64,000 nt of DNA. Source: an uncultured Poribacteria bacterium. GTDB taxonomy: Bacteria > Poribacteria > WGA-4E > WGA-3G. The stretch is from NCBI GenBank assembly GCA_958296135.2, contig CATQHZ020000001.1:1120001-1184000 (forward strand), read 5' to 3'. Position numbers and translations under genes: made by a program. Of this stretch, positions 9,481-18,039 are shown in pieces. A model generated the notes under the pieces. That model searched no databases and had not been told where the DNA came from. It saw only the letters and a program-made list of their open reading frames with translations. Position 1 is the first letter of the stretch. Every line of letters starts with the position of its first letter.

Positions 9481-10549
9481 TTAAATTATGCGCGGCATTC
9501 AAGTCGCGGTCGATACCCACGCCACATGCCTCGCAGTGATATGTCCGCTCCGAGAGGGACAACTTCGTCTTCTTCTTCCCGCAAGCACTGCACGTCTTCG
9601 ATGACGGGAAGTTCACCGGTGCTTCGATAATCTCAACGCCGTGTGCCGCTGCTTTATACCGAAGCATCGTCAGGAAACCACTTAATGACGCATCGCTCAA
9701 CGCCTTTGCAAGACGGCGGTTTTTCAACAAGCCTGCCACGCGTAGACGCTCGATGCCGAGAACGTCAGCCGACTTTACAATCGCCGTGCTTGCCTTGTGA
9801 TGGGCATCCTCACGGAGACAGCAGATACGATAGTGAATCTTCTGAACGCGCACCTGCTTCCGATACCAATTCCTGCTTCGGTAAACCGAACGAGAGAGCT
9901 GACGCTGCGCACGCCGCAACTTCCGTAGATAGCGGTAGAGTGCCTTTGGGTTTTCAAACTCAACACCATCGGATGTCACGGCTAGGGTTTTGATACCTAC
10001 ATCAACACCAACTACCCGCATAGGACCCGCCTCAGAACGCACACGTGGCGCGCTGTCGGAAACCACCTTCACGAGAACCGATAGAAACCACCTGCCTGCA
10101 CGTTTTGAGACGACACACCGCCGAATCTCGCCACGCCACCGTAACTTCTCGCGCAGGCGAACCCAGCCAATCTTCGGTAGTTTGACACGTTTCTTATCAA
10201 TTCTCACACGTTCATTCGGTTGGTAGGAAGTCCTACTCGCTCGGGTGTGATAACGTGGGAATCGATTTTGACCGCGCCGCCACCGTTTGACTGCGTCATC
10301 AATGTGCATCACAGCGTTCTTTGCTGCACGTTGGTCGAGTTCCTTACACCACGGATATGTCTCGTGTTTCACGGCGTTGAATCGAACGTTCAACGTGTAA
10401 CCACTGCGCCACTCGTTTTCGGCGAGTCCCGCCTTGAAATCTGAGAGTGCATGGTTACGCGCCACGCGTGCATAACCACAATGTCGTGCAAGCAGCGTCG
10501 CCTGCTTATTATTCGGGTCCAACGCCATTAAATGCGTTTTCAATGTCAT
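9449..10549 (-). CDS. tnpB: RNA-guided endonuclease TnpB
   Basis: RuvC-I GVDVG, RuvC-II IERL, Zn finger CSAC..CEAC and RuvC-III DRDLNAA. N-terminal LDPNNKQ..ARHCGYAR HTH region. The catalytic D/E/D appear intact. Confidence 0.93.
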   Translation of the reverse strand: MTLKTHLMALDPNNKQATLLARHCGYARVARNHALSDFKAGLAENEWRSGYTLNVRFNAVKHETYPWCKELDQRAAKNAVMHIDDAVKRWRRGQNRFPRYHTRASRTSYQPNERVRIDKKRVKLPKIGWVRLREKLRWRGEIRRCVVSKRAGRWFLSVLVKVVSDSAPRVRSEAGPMRVVGVDVGIKTLAVTSDGVEFENPKALYRYLRKLRRAQRQLSRSVYRSRNWYRKQVRVQKIHYRICCLREDAHHKASTAIVKSADVLGIERLRVAGLLKNRRLAKALSDASLSGFLTMLRYKAAAHGVEIIEAPVNFPSSKTCSACGKKKTKLSLSERTYHCEACGVGIDRDLNAAHNLRTLAASLTER

Positions 10550-10657
10550 AGAGCGTCACCGTTCGCCGTTGTTTTTCCTTCCTACTAAGGTAAGGTGGAG
10601 GTGAGAGACACGGCGGGCAGCCGCGCTTAGTAGGTCTCACCTCCCAACGGTAACTAT

Positions 10658-10686
10658 ATTCTACCACAAAATCAAGCAGAACGCAA
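10658..10686 (-). promoter_or_regulatory. Sigma70-type promoter for tnpB
   Basis: Minus strand TTGCGT-17nt-TAGAAT with extended TG. Confidence 0.55.
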
Positions 10687-10730
10687 GTCAAAATGCACAT
10701 CGATAGATTCGGGTAGGTTCTGCTAGATTC

Positions 10731-11819
10731 TCATAGAGTTCTCGCCACTGCACCGATGCCCTGTTGCGCTACAAAAATGCGGTAGATTTCCTCAAACAAG
10801 CGCACATCTGTCAGCGTATCTTCGGCGGAGGAGCGGAACGGTTCATCGCTGCGGACATTCGCCACAAAGTATTCCGCCTCCCGGCGGTATGCCCACGTCC
10901 ACGCGGGGCGCGGAATAGGACGCGTGAGCTCCTGCTCTTCACCGGCGCGGTAAATTTCCACTTCGGCAGGTGTATTCTTCAACAACAGCGGCGGTGCCCA
11001 GGTGTGAACCCACCCGTTTTCAAAGTAGATTTGGCTATGCTCGTCCCACCGATAATGTGAGACATGCCCGGTCTCCAGCGTTACCCGAATGCCGCCCATA
11101 TTAAAGAGGACAACGCCGGCATACCCGTTTGCATCCAGATCGACGGCGGTAATGCTGACATCGTCGCCTGCATCGAGCAACCAGCGCATGAGGTTGATGT
11201 TGTGCGTGTACTGCTGGAGGTATCCCAAATAGGGGCGGCGATATTGCTCAGGCAGCCACTCCGGGGTGATGATAGGCGCGCTCGGCTTCGGTTCTTCCGT
11301 GCTGTCCATCTGTGTATCCAGATTGCACACCCAATCGCCGCCAAATCCGTGATTTCGGGCATAAGTCAACCTGCCGAGTTCACCGGATTCTCGGAATTGG
11401 GTGACTTTCTCCTTGACAATCTCGTTGCCGGCATCGTACCGTTTCATGTAGCCTACCATCAGTTTTTTGCCGGCTGTGCGCGAGGCATCGACGATGGCTT
11501 CCGCTTGCGCGAGGGAGACAGCCATCGGTTTCTCCATGAAGACGTGCTTGCCGGCGAGCAGCAGGTCCTTCGCGATTTCGCCTTGGAGCGCGAAGTCTGC
11601 GGATACGGCGACGGCTTCAATGTCCGCGTCTTGAGCGAGTTCGTGATGGTGTGCGTAAAGCCGTGGGATGCCGAACCTTTTTTGAACTTTCGCGCCGAGT
11701 TCGGTGCGCACCTCGGCGAGCGCGAGGAGTTCGCAGTCTGGGGTGCCGGTAAAGTTTGGGATGTGAACCTTTTGCGCCATGAATCCACATCCAATGTAAC
11801 CGAGTCGGATTTTTTCCAT
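10731..11819 (-). CDS. Gfo/Idh/MocA family oxidoreductase
   Basis: IRLGYIGCGFMA Rossmann motif and HVFMEKPMA. Start moved to MEKIRL because the upstream extension is repeat DNA. Confidence 0.9.
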   Translation of the reverse strand: MEKIRLGYIGCGFMAQKVHIPNFTGTPDCELLALAEVRTELGAKVQKRFGIPRLYAHHHELAQDADIEAVAVSADFALQGEIAKDLLLAGKHVFMEKPMAVSLAQAEAIVDASRTAGKKLMVGYMKRYDAGNEIVKEKVTQFRESGELGRLTYARNHGFGGDWVCNLDTQMDSTEEPKPSAPIITPEWLPEQYRRPYLGYLQQYTHNINLMRWLLDAGDDVSITAVDLDANGYAGVVLFNMGGIRVTLETGHVSHYRWDEHSQIYFENGWVHTWAPPLLLKNTPAEVEIYRAGEEQELTRPIPRPAWTWAYRREAEYFVANVRSDEPFRSSAEDTLTDVRLFEEIYRIFVAQQGIGAVARTL

Positions 11820-11840
11820 TCCAATTTCCTCAAAATCGAG

Positions 11841-12072
11841 TTTCCATTCCCTTGCGACGGGAAAGCGCAGTTCAAATCGAGACCGGGAGGTCTCTCCTAC
11901 AGGCGGATCCCATCGCGGGGTTTCCATTGCCTTGCGACGGGAAAGCGCAGTTCAAATTGAGACCGGGAGGTCTCTCCTACAGGCGGATCCCATCGCGAGG
12001 TTTCCATTGCCTTGCAACGGGCAAGCGCAGCTCGAATCGAGACCGGGAGGTCTCTCCTACAGGCGGATCCCT
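11841..12072. repeat. 80-bp tandem repeat x~3, each containing a GTAG REP
   Basis: Units start at 11841, 11921 and 12001. Confidence 0.9.
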
Positions 12073-12087
12073 CGGGTCTTTAGTTTA

Positions 12088-12116
12088 ATTATAGCACAAC
12101 TCAACTGAAATGTCAA
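12088..12116 (-). promoter_or_regulatory. Consensus sigma70 promoter upstream of the oxidoreductase
   Basis: TTGACA-17nt-TATAAT with extended TG on the minus strand. Confidence 0.8.
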
Positions 12117-12261
12117 AGTTTTTGAACTTTGCATGAAAATTGCCCCAACGGCGGATACTCCGAGATTTTTAGGGAAAATTGGCAGATGTTGGCGTGTCTC
12201 CCCCAAAATGGCCGCTTTACTGGGCTATGCGCGAGTGAGGAACGGTTGGTATGCTGGTTCC

Positions 12262-12771
12262 TTAAAATTGTTTGTGCCGCGATTCAATTTGCTCCACCGC
12301 GCTTTTCGCGCCTTCGCGGACTAGCGCGGACAGGTCGCGTTGCGCGATGTGTCTCAGTTTGTCAAGTCCTGCGGCAGCTTGTCGGGCAATCTGTCCATCG
12401 GCCCCGTTTACTTCAATTTTGCCGAGGGCTACCGCGACGAAGTAACGGACGTCCGCGTCCTCATCGTCTAGTGCTTCGAGCAGTGCCTCAATATCCGTGG
12501 GGGTGGCCAGGTCGCGTTCTTCGTTGCCGATGTTAATCAAGGATTGCGCTGCGATGCGCCGCGAGTGGATGTCGCCGTAGCGCAGCGAGGCGAGTAGCCC
12601 GTCATTGGCCGCTGCGGGGATAACGGTGAGATTGTCCCAATCGCAATCAAGGCAGAACCATGAATCTTCGGCTAGATGCTGGACGTTTAGACTGCCGCAA
12701 TAGGGACATTCGTCAAACGCCGTTTCCCCGGTGAGCGGGATTTGTAACCCCGCGTCCATTTTCTGACTCAT
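12262..12771 (-). CDS. Zn-ribbon plus HEAT-repeat protein
   Basis: CPYCGS..CLDC, and HEAT-like ALLEALDDEDADVRYFVAVALGKI. The start ATG overlaps the upstream stop (ATGA). Confidence 0.75.
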   Translation of the reverse strand: MSQKMDAGLQIPLTGETAFDECPYCGSLNVQHLAEDSWFCLDCDWDNLTVIPAAANDGLLASLRYGDIHSRRIAAQSLINIGNEERDLATPTDIEALLEALDDEDADVRYFVAVALGKIEVNGADGQIARQAAAGLDKLRHIAQRDLSALVREGAKSAVEQIESRHKQF

Positions 12772-13142
12772 GAGGTTTCGTCTTCCTCCAGTTCCGGTAA
12801 ATCGCGCCATATTTCAGGGCCTTCCGGTTTGAAATTGATGGTGGCGATAAACTGCATGCCGTGATAGAAGTTAATCTTGAACTTCCCGCCGCCGAAATGT
12901 TGCTTGAGGTAGTCCAAGGGGGTTTCAATCAACGGCCCCATTTCATCTGCGTAGTAAAAAGCGAGTCGTTTGAATCGCACCGTGTTACCGATGGGTTCCT
13001 GCACGAGGAGTCGCGCGGATGTTGCTGGAAACAGCACTTTAAACGCGTTCCACAGGTCATCCATCGTTGGGTTCGGATTGCCAACCCGCTTTTTGAAGTC
13101 GTTTACTAGGTATTCCGAGAACGTGTTAAATACCCATTCCAT
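12768..13142 (-). CDS. Hypothetical protein (124 aa)
   Basis: AAGGAG RBS upstream. Translationally coupled to the HEAT gene. Confidence 0.75.
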   Translation of the reverse strand: MEWVFNTFSEYLVNDFKKRVGNPNPTMDDLWNAFKVLFPATSARLLVQEPIGNTVRFKRLAFYYADEMGPLIETPLDYLKQHFGGGKFKINFYHGMQFIATINFKPEGPEIWRDLPELEEDETS

Positions 13143-13155
13143 AAAAAATCTCCTT

Positions 13156-13705
13156 CGTGGCCGCCCGGCATCGCGGGGGACAGGCCCCCGCGCTACGGTA
13201 GGAGAGACGGCTCTACATCGGTGGTCAGGCTTCCGCGCTGCGGTAGTCGTGGCCGCCCGGCATCGCGGGGGCCAGGCCCCCGCGCTACGGTAGGAGAGAC
13301 GGCTCTACATCGGTGGTCAGGCTTCCGCGCTGCGGTAGTCGTGGCCGCTCGGCATCGCGGGGGCCAGGCCCCCGCGCTACGGTAGGAGAGACGGCTCTAC
13401 ATCGGTGGTCAGGCTTCCGCGCTGCGGGAGTCGTGGCCGCTCGGCATCGCGGGGGCCAGGCCCCCGCGCTACGGTAGGAGAGACGGCTCTACATCGGTGG
13501 TCAGGCTTCCGCGCTGTGGGAGTCGTGGCCGCTCGGCATCGCGGGGGCCAGGCCCCCGCGCTACGGTAGGAGAGACGGCTCTACATCGGTGGTCAGGCTT
13601 CTGCGCTGCGGGAGTCGTGGCTGCTCGGCATCGCGGGGGACAGGCCCCCGCGCTACGGTAGGAGAGGGAGCCTCACGTCGGAAGACAGGCTTCCGCGATG
13701 CGGGA
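13156..13705. repeat. 92-bp tandem repeat x~6 containing a REP-like palindrome
   Basis: Units start at 13156, 13248, 13340, 13432, 13524 and 13616. Each carries atcgcggggg(a/c)caggcccccgcgctac. Confidence 0.92.
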
Positions 13706-13796
13706 GGAGAGCGGTGCCGACCGGTTACAGTGGTGCCTTCAAGAAGTCCTTCCAGTCAAAATGAGGCAGAGGGAACTCCTCCGTGGCTTTGCATTG

Positions 13797-14294
13797 TCAG
13801 AACGTGGCGGCTTTCTCGAAGAATTCGATATCGACGCGTTCGATTTGCGCGGCGCGCGCGTTTTCGGCGACACGCTGGACAACCATCTCGCGCACGAACG
13901 GGATCGGGATGCGCTTCACGCGATGCACCACTTCCTCCGTGCAAGGCACCGTGGTGTTTCCGAGGAAGGGGCCATCCTGCGCGGCGGCTTCTGCGAGATG
14001 CTCGCACGTTTCCGGCACCAATTGTTGCAAACGCATTGAGACGTAATTGGTTACCCACTGCTTTAACGCTTCCGCTTGTGCGGCATCCGTGCCATTATCG
14101 GTAGGAGATGCGTGCAGGGCTTGAGGCCCTGGGGCAGTAGGAGCAACCTCCTGTTCCCGATTCTCCTGTGCGTCACCTGATAAGCGCGCGTTTCTATCTA
14201 ACTTCTGGTTGATACTGACGAGGAGGCTTTCCACGTTGGTCAGCCGTTCTTCCACATCTGTCAGCCGTTCTTGCAGGTGAATTTGTTCGCTCAT
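13797..14294 (-). CDS. Coiled-coil protein with C-terminal PCP_red-like domain
   Basis: C-terminal TEEVVHRVKRIPIPFVREMVVQRVAENAR..ERVDIEFF. AGGAGG RBS before MSEQ. Confidence 0.7.
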   Translation of the reverse strand: MSEQIHLQERLTDVEERLTNVESLLVSINQKLDRNARLSGDAQENREQEVAPTAPGPQALHASPTDNGTDAAQAEALKQWVTNYVSMRLQQLVPETCEHLAEAAAQDGPFLGNTTVPCTEEVVHRVKRIPIPFVREMVVQRVAENARAAQIERVDIEFFEKAATF

Positions 14295-14339
14295 ATTTCC
14301 TCCTATGGCCATTGCACTCCGCTGTAGTGCTTCATCCTG

Positions 14340-15059
14340 TTAAATCGCCCAGTATTTCCAGAGTTCTTCTGGAATCTCGTATTTAATCGCCTCTCGGCGT
14401 TTGTGGGAGTAGCGCGCGAACACGCCGAAACGTGGGATATCCCTCATATTCGCTGAGCCTGTGTGACACAGAAACGCGTGCCACAGCACAACATCTCCCG
14501 CGGCGGCGGTGAATTCCCGCGGGCTTTCCGGCGATAAATCCGAGAGCCTGTTCCAATCCCATCCTTCAACCTTCCTGAAGCTGCCATCGATTTGCTCAGG
14601 ATACTGAAGGAAGTATTGATGCGTTGTGTGGTGACTTCCGGGCCAATAGACGAAGGCTCCGCCGCTGGGTTGCACATCGTAGAGGTACGTCGTCGCGCCG
14701 AGCATGAAAGGGCTCCAGCCGCTGGCGCCGTAGGCATCAATGTGTCCAATCGCTGGCATTGCCCATTTTTCGTTTGGGTTGGGCCATTTCACGAGAGGTG
14801 AGCCGCCGCCGCCCGTGAACGCGCCCCCGCCGAGTTGTTCGGTTATCGCCTGCATCGCAGGCAGCTGCCCGAAGAGCGGTGAGAAACTGAAGTTCTGCAC
14901 CACGTAGCCGTTGGGCCATGTCTCTGGCGTATCTAAACTGGAATTGAGATGCTCCCAGACCTGGGCGCGCCATCCGTCAATTACATCCGAATTGATGAGA
15001 TTTTCAAGGATAATGTATCCATTTTCCTGAAAAAATGTGACTTGTGCTGGTGTTAGCAT
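14340..15059 (-). CDS. Phytanoyl-CoA dioxygenase (PhyH) family Fe(II)/2OG dioxygenase
   Basis: LT..QV.FFQENGY, HID, PGSH and AGDVVLWH...HTGSAN...R motifs. Confidence 0.88.
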   Translation of the reverse strand: MLTPAQVTFFQENGYIILENLINSDVIDGWRAQVWEHLNSSLDTPETWPNGYVVQNFSFSPLFGQLPAMQAITEQLGGGAFTGGGGSPLVKWPNPNEKWAMPAIGHIDAYGASGWSPFMLGATTYLYDVQPSGGAFVYWPGSHHTTHQYFLQYPEQIDGSFRKVEGWDWNRLSDLSPESPREFTAAAGDVVLWHAFLCHTGSANMRDIPRFGVFARYSHKRREAIKYEIPEELWKYWAI

Positions 15060-15120
15060 GCGATTTTCCTTGTCAGCATAAGTGCCGTCGAACGACGCGT
15101 TGCGAGATACAAAAAACGCG

Positions 15121-16428
15121 TTAACGCCGCGGCGTGAAAGATGGAATTCCTGTCTTGTCAAACCGCTTTTTGACCGCTTTCATTAACTCCGGTGTGATTT
15201 CCCGATGTCCGTGTTCGTGCGCGTATTTTTCAACGCTCTTGATAACCATCCCCCGTGCGAAAGAGGGGACGCGCTTTAACCGCTTCTGTGCTGCATCATT
15301 CCACTGCAAATCGTAGGCTGGTTCTGTCGCGAACGCGGTTGTTTTTGCGAATTGAACGGCCTGACGTTGTTGCCCCGGTTGATATTCGCACGATGCGTCA
15401 GCGGCGAGGTAATTGCCGGTGTCGGCGTAGGCGCGCGCGCGGCATCCGCCGCAGACTTCTCGGAATTCACATGCGCCGCACTTCCCTTCGAGCCGGTCGC
15501 GGTTTCGCAAATTCTGGAAGGGTTCGGATTCATTCCAGAGTTTGACGAAACTTTCGTCCTTCAGGTTACCGACGCTCACGGGCAGATAAGGGCACGGAGT
15601 CAACTCTCCTTCCGGTGAGATGCGGCAGTAGTAAATACCACACGGACAGGTGCCGCTTGGGTAGCCCTGCAAGAAGGCGGAATCGGATTGCTGTTCGTAG
15701 ATGACGCGCTTATAGTGCGGTGCGCACTTCGCCGCGATGAGCATCTTCCCACTGTAGTCGGCTTGCAGCTGGAACATCGTCTCCAGCATCTTCTCATATT
15801 GCGCCGCGGTCAGATCCATCACCGTCTTCCCTCTTCCTGTCCGCACGAGAAAGTAGAGGTTCAGCACCTTCGCGCCGAGTTGGTAGGCGAATGCCACAAT
15901 CTGTGGGATTTCATCGTAATTCCACTGCGTTACCGAGGTCTGGACGAGGAAGTCAAGTTTAGCGCGTTTGAGTGCCTCAACGCCGTTCATCGTCGCTTTC
16001 CATGCGCCTTCCATGCCACGAAACCTGTCGTGGTTGGCGGGTTGGATAGAATCGATGCTGAGCCCTGCGCCGGTTACGCCGTGCCGTTGCATCTGCTCAA
16101 CGACTTCGTGGTTCAGTAGCACGCCGTTTGTGCCCATCACGACGAGGAATCCCGTGTCGGCGGCGTATTTGGAAATCTGCAAAATATCGGGACGTAACAA
16201 CGGTTCGCCGCCGGTGAGGATGAGCAGAATGTTTGGATTTATCTCGGCAATCTCGTCAATGATACGGAAGCATTCCGATTGGCTGAGTTCTGCGTCGCGG
16301 TAATAGCCGTGCGGGAATTCGTCTGTATCAACGAATCCTGCTGGCAGGTAGCAGTGCGTGCATTTCAGATTGCATAACCGCGTGATATTCCACGAGACTG
16401 CCTGAACTTTTGTTTTTTGGTTTTCCAT
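15121..16428 (-). CDS. Radical SAM/SPASM protein (NirJ/Ahb-like) with C-terminal PCP_red domain
   Basis: CNLKCTHC, LTGGEP, SPASM cysteines (CPCG..C..PC; CGACEFREVCGGCRARA) and C-terminal WNDAAQKRLKRVPSFARGM..E.YA..HG..EIT. Confidence 0.88.
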   Translation of the reverse strand: MENQKTKVQAVSWNITRLCNLKCTHCYLPAGFVDTDEFPHGYYRDAELSQSECFRIIDEIAEINPNILLILTGGEPLLRPDILQISKYAADTGFLVVMGTNGVLLNHEVVEQMQRHGVTGAGLSIDSIQPANHDRFRGMEGAWKATMNGVEALKRAKLDFLVQTSVTQWNYDEIPQIVAFAYQLGAKVLNLYFLVRTGRGKTVMDLTAAQYEKMLETMFQLQADYSGKMLIAAKCAPHYKRVIYEQQSDSAFLQGYPSGTCPCGIYYCRISPEGELTPCPYLPVSVGNLKDESFVKLWNESEPFQNLRNRDRLEGKCGACEFREVCGGCRARAYADTGNYLAADASCEYQPGQQRQAVQFAKTTAFATEPAYDLQWNDAAQKRLKRVPSFARGMVIKSVEKYAHEHGHREITPELMKAVKKRFDKTGIPSFTPRR

Positions 16429-16505
16429 TTCGTTTTTTAGTCGTCCGTGCGTGTCTGACAGATTGTAAGGACAGATTTCTATATCTGTCCGCTGCAAGCA
16501 AGGGG

Positions 16506-16958
16506 TTAGATTTTTAGTCGCATCGCGATGCCGAAAACAGCTAAGCCTGCGATGAGCGTCAAAACGCCGAAGAGATTGACAGTTGGGCTCGGGTTGCGCT
16601 GTGCGTTTTCTTGTTCAAGGTGCCGCCGATACAGCGAGCTGTGTAGCCCCCAAAACAGTGCCATGAATCCGAACGCTGCGAGTTTCACAACAAAGTTTAC
16701 CATATATCCGACATTGAATGCCATATCATTATTCCATGCGACGATAAAAAACACCATCGCGCCTGTTGTGAGGAGAATGTGAATCATGAGACGGATCCAA
16801 CGTCGGAGGCGGTTATGGATTTCCAGCGGCGCGTTGCTTGGCAAATGTCGCTGCACAATCGGCATGGCGATGAAGGTAGAGAAGACGACTCCGCCGAACC
16901 AGACTATCGCTGCGATGAGGTGTATGCATCGGATGCAAAGTTCTACGATTGTTCGCAT
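16506..16958 (-). CDS. Four-TM membrane protein (CopD/DUF4149-like)
   Basis: IHLIAAIVWFGG motif and four hydrophobic segments. Confidence 0.7.
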   Translation of the reverse strand: MRTIVELCIRCIHLIAAIVWFGGVVFSTFIAMPIVQRHLPSNAPLEIHNRLRRWIRLMIHILLTTGAMVFFIVAWNNDMAFNVGYMVNFVVKLAAFGFMALFWGLHSSLYRRHLEQENAQRNPSPTVNLFGVLTLIAGLAVFGIAMRLKI

Positions 16959-17011
16959 TTTTGTGTTGAAGTTTCGTTAACCTGGAGCTCATCCTATTTG
17001 GCGTGAGAGTG

Positions 17012-17896
17012 TCAACCGTGCGTTCCGCGCCCATTTGGATTTCCTGTAACGAGTGGGCAGATCCCTTCAAATTCAAGGCGCGTTGCGGGGCGAATGGAAA
17101 AATATTGGTGCCGCTGTCCCTTGAAGCGGGCTTTTAACGCCGGTCCTTTCTGGAAGGTTTGGTAGCGGGGGTGTGGATAGCCGCCGTTTAAGTTGAGGGG
17201 TATATCCTCTGATTCCCGCAGCTCTAAATCCAATTGAAGGATTTCTTCGACGGTGTAGGACAGTTTCAGGTAAAGCACGGCTACCAAGCGGGCAAACTTT
17301 TGAAACTGCACAGGCGTTTCGCGAAACGCTTGATAGAGTTGCGGTAGCGGCGATTCGTGGATTTCTAGGCCATTTTCGTGTTCTAATGAGGGGCCGTTAC
17401 GCACCCGATATTCAAATAGCCACGGACTCGCAACACCGAGTTTTTCATCGAGAAGGATTCGCTTTGCTCGCAGTTCGGCTATCTGATCTCCTGTAAAATC
17501 ACCGAACCTCTTCTCATGATGCAGGCCCTGCTCCTGACTCTTTTCCAGAACCACCTCCCAACCAGACGAAGTTTCAGTAACCGTTTGCGGCGCAACCCAC
17601 GCGGCGTAGTCGCGGTGCGCAAAAGCGAAGTCTCCACCGCCTCCCGTTTTTAGCGAATGCAAAAATTCGGTTTCTTCGGGTGATTCTGGCAGCAGTTTGA
17701 GAGAAATTTCGGATGAATTCACGCGCGCCTCTTGCACCCGAACAAAATACTGGATCCGGTTTGTCGGGCGTAGAAGCACAAATTCGCAGGGCTCGCTCTC
17801 CGGGGGGACTGCCTCAGTGAAATCACTGCTACTCGGCTGAGGGATGACCTTTCGGTACCTTTCCATGAGAGTGAGTTCATAAACGTGTTGTGGCAT
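17012..17896 (-). CDS. Hypothetical protein (294 aa)
   Basis: Long ORF with its own promoter-like sequence. No family recognised. Confidence 0.65.
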   Translation of the reverse strand: MPQHVYELTLMERYRKVIPQPSSSDFTEAVPPESEPCEFVLLRPTNRIQYFVRVQEARVNSSEISLKLLPESPEETEFLHSLKTGGGGDFAFAHRDYAAWVAPQTVTETSSGWEVVLEKSQEQGLHHEKRFGDFTGDQIAELRAKRILLDEKLGVASPWLFEYRVRNGPSLEHENGLEIHESPLPQLYQAFRETPVQFQKFARLVAVLYLKLSYTVEEILQLDLELRESEDIPLNLNGGYPHPRYQTFQKGPALKARFKGQRHQYFSIRPATRLEFEGICPLVTGNPNGRGTHG

Positions 17897-17967
17897 TTTT
17901 AGCGTTCAAGCAGATGTGCATTAATTAACGGCATCCGCGCCGCTTGACCTGGTTCTCCACGTTTTTA

Positions 17968-17996
17968 ATGCTAACAGATTCCGCGGAAAATGTCAA
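17968..17996 (-). promoter_or_regulatory. Sigma70-type promoter
   Basis: TTGACA-17nt-TAGCAT with extended TG. Confidence 0.6.
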
Positions 17997-18039
17997 ATTA
18001 ATTTCACGCGAAAAGAGACAAGTTTTCCATTTTGTCTTC

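Larger units (their letters stand above)
9300..10746 (-). mobile_element. Non-autonomous IS607-like element carrying tnpB only
   Basis: Both ends terminate at GG (minus strand). Each end has four roughly 10-bp-phased AAYCTR-like repeats in opposite orientation (9310-9346; 10704-10741). No tnpA is present. Confidence 0.7.

Noticed and set aside
9449-10549. Nuclease-dead TldR or Cas12
   Set aside because: All three RuvC acidic residues appear present, the size is typical of TnpB, and there is no true array.
10575-10650. HDV-like ribozyme call for the tnpB leader
   Set aside because: The pseudoknot order is similar, but P1.1 GG, P4 and the catalytic J4/2 strand were not recognisable.
11064-11960. 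298-aa plus-strand ORF and similar long antisense ORFs (55429-56097, 57711-58475, 35179-35967)
   Set aside because: They are shadow ORFs opposite well-supported genes in GC-rich DNA.
11841-12072. Possible CRISPR array or N-terminal extension of the oxidoreductase
   Set aside because: It is an 80-bp tandem repeat without spacers. The ORF extension to 11927 is translated repeat DNA.
13156-13705. Possible CRISPR array
   Set aside because: The 92-bp units are near-identical along their whole length, with no unique spacers and no cas genes in the window.
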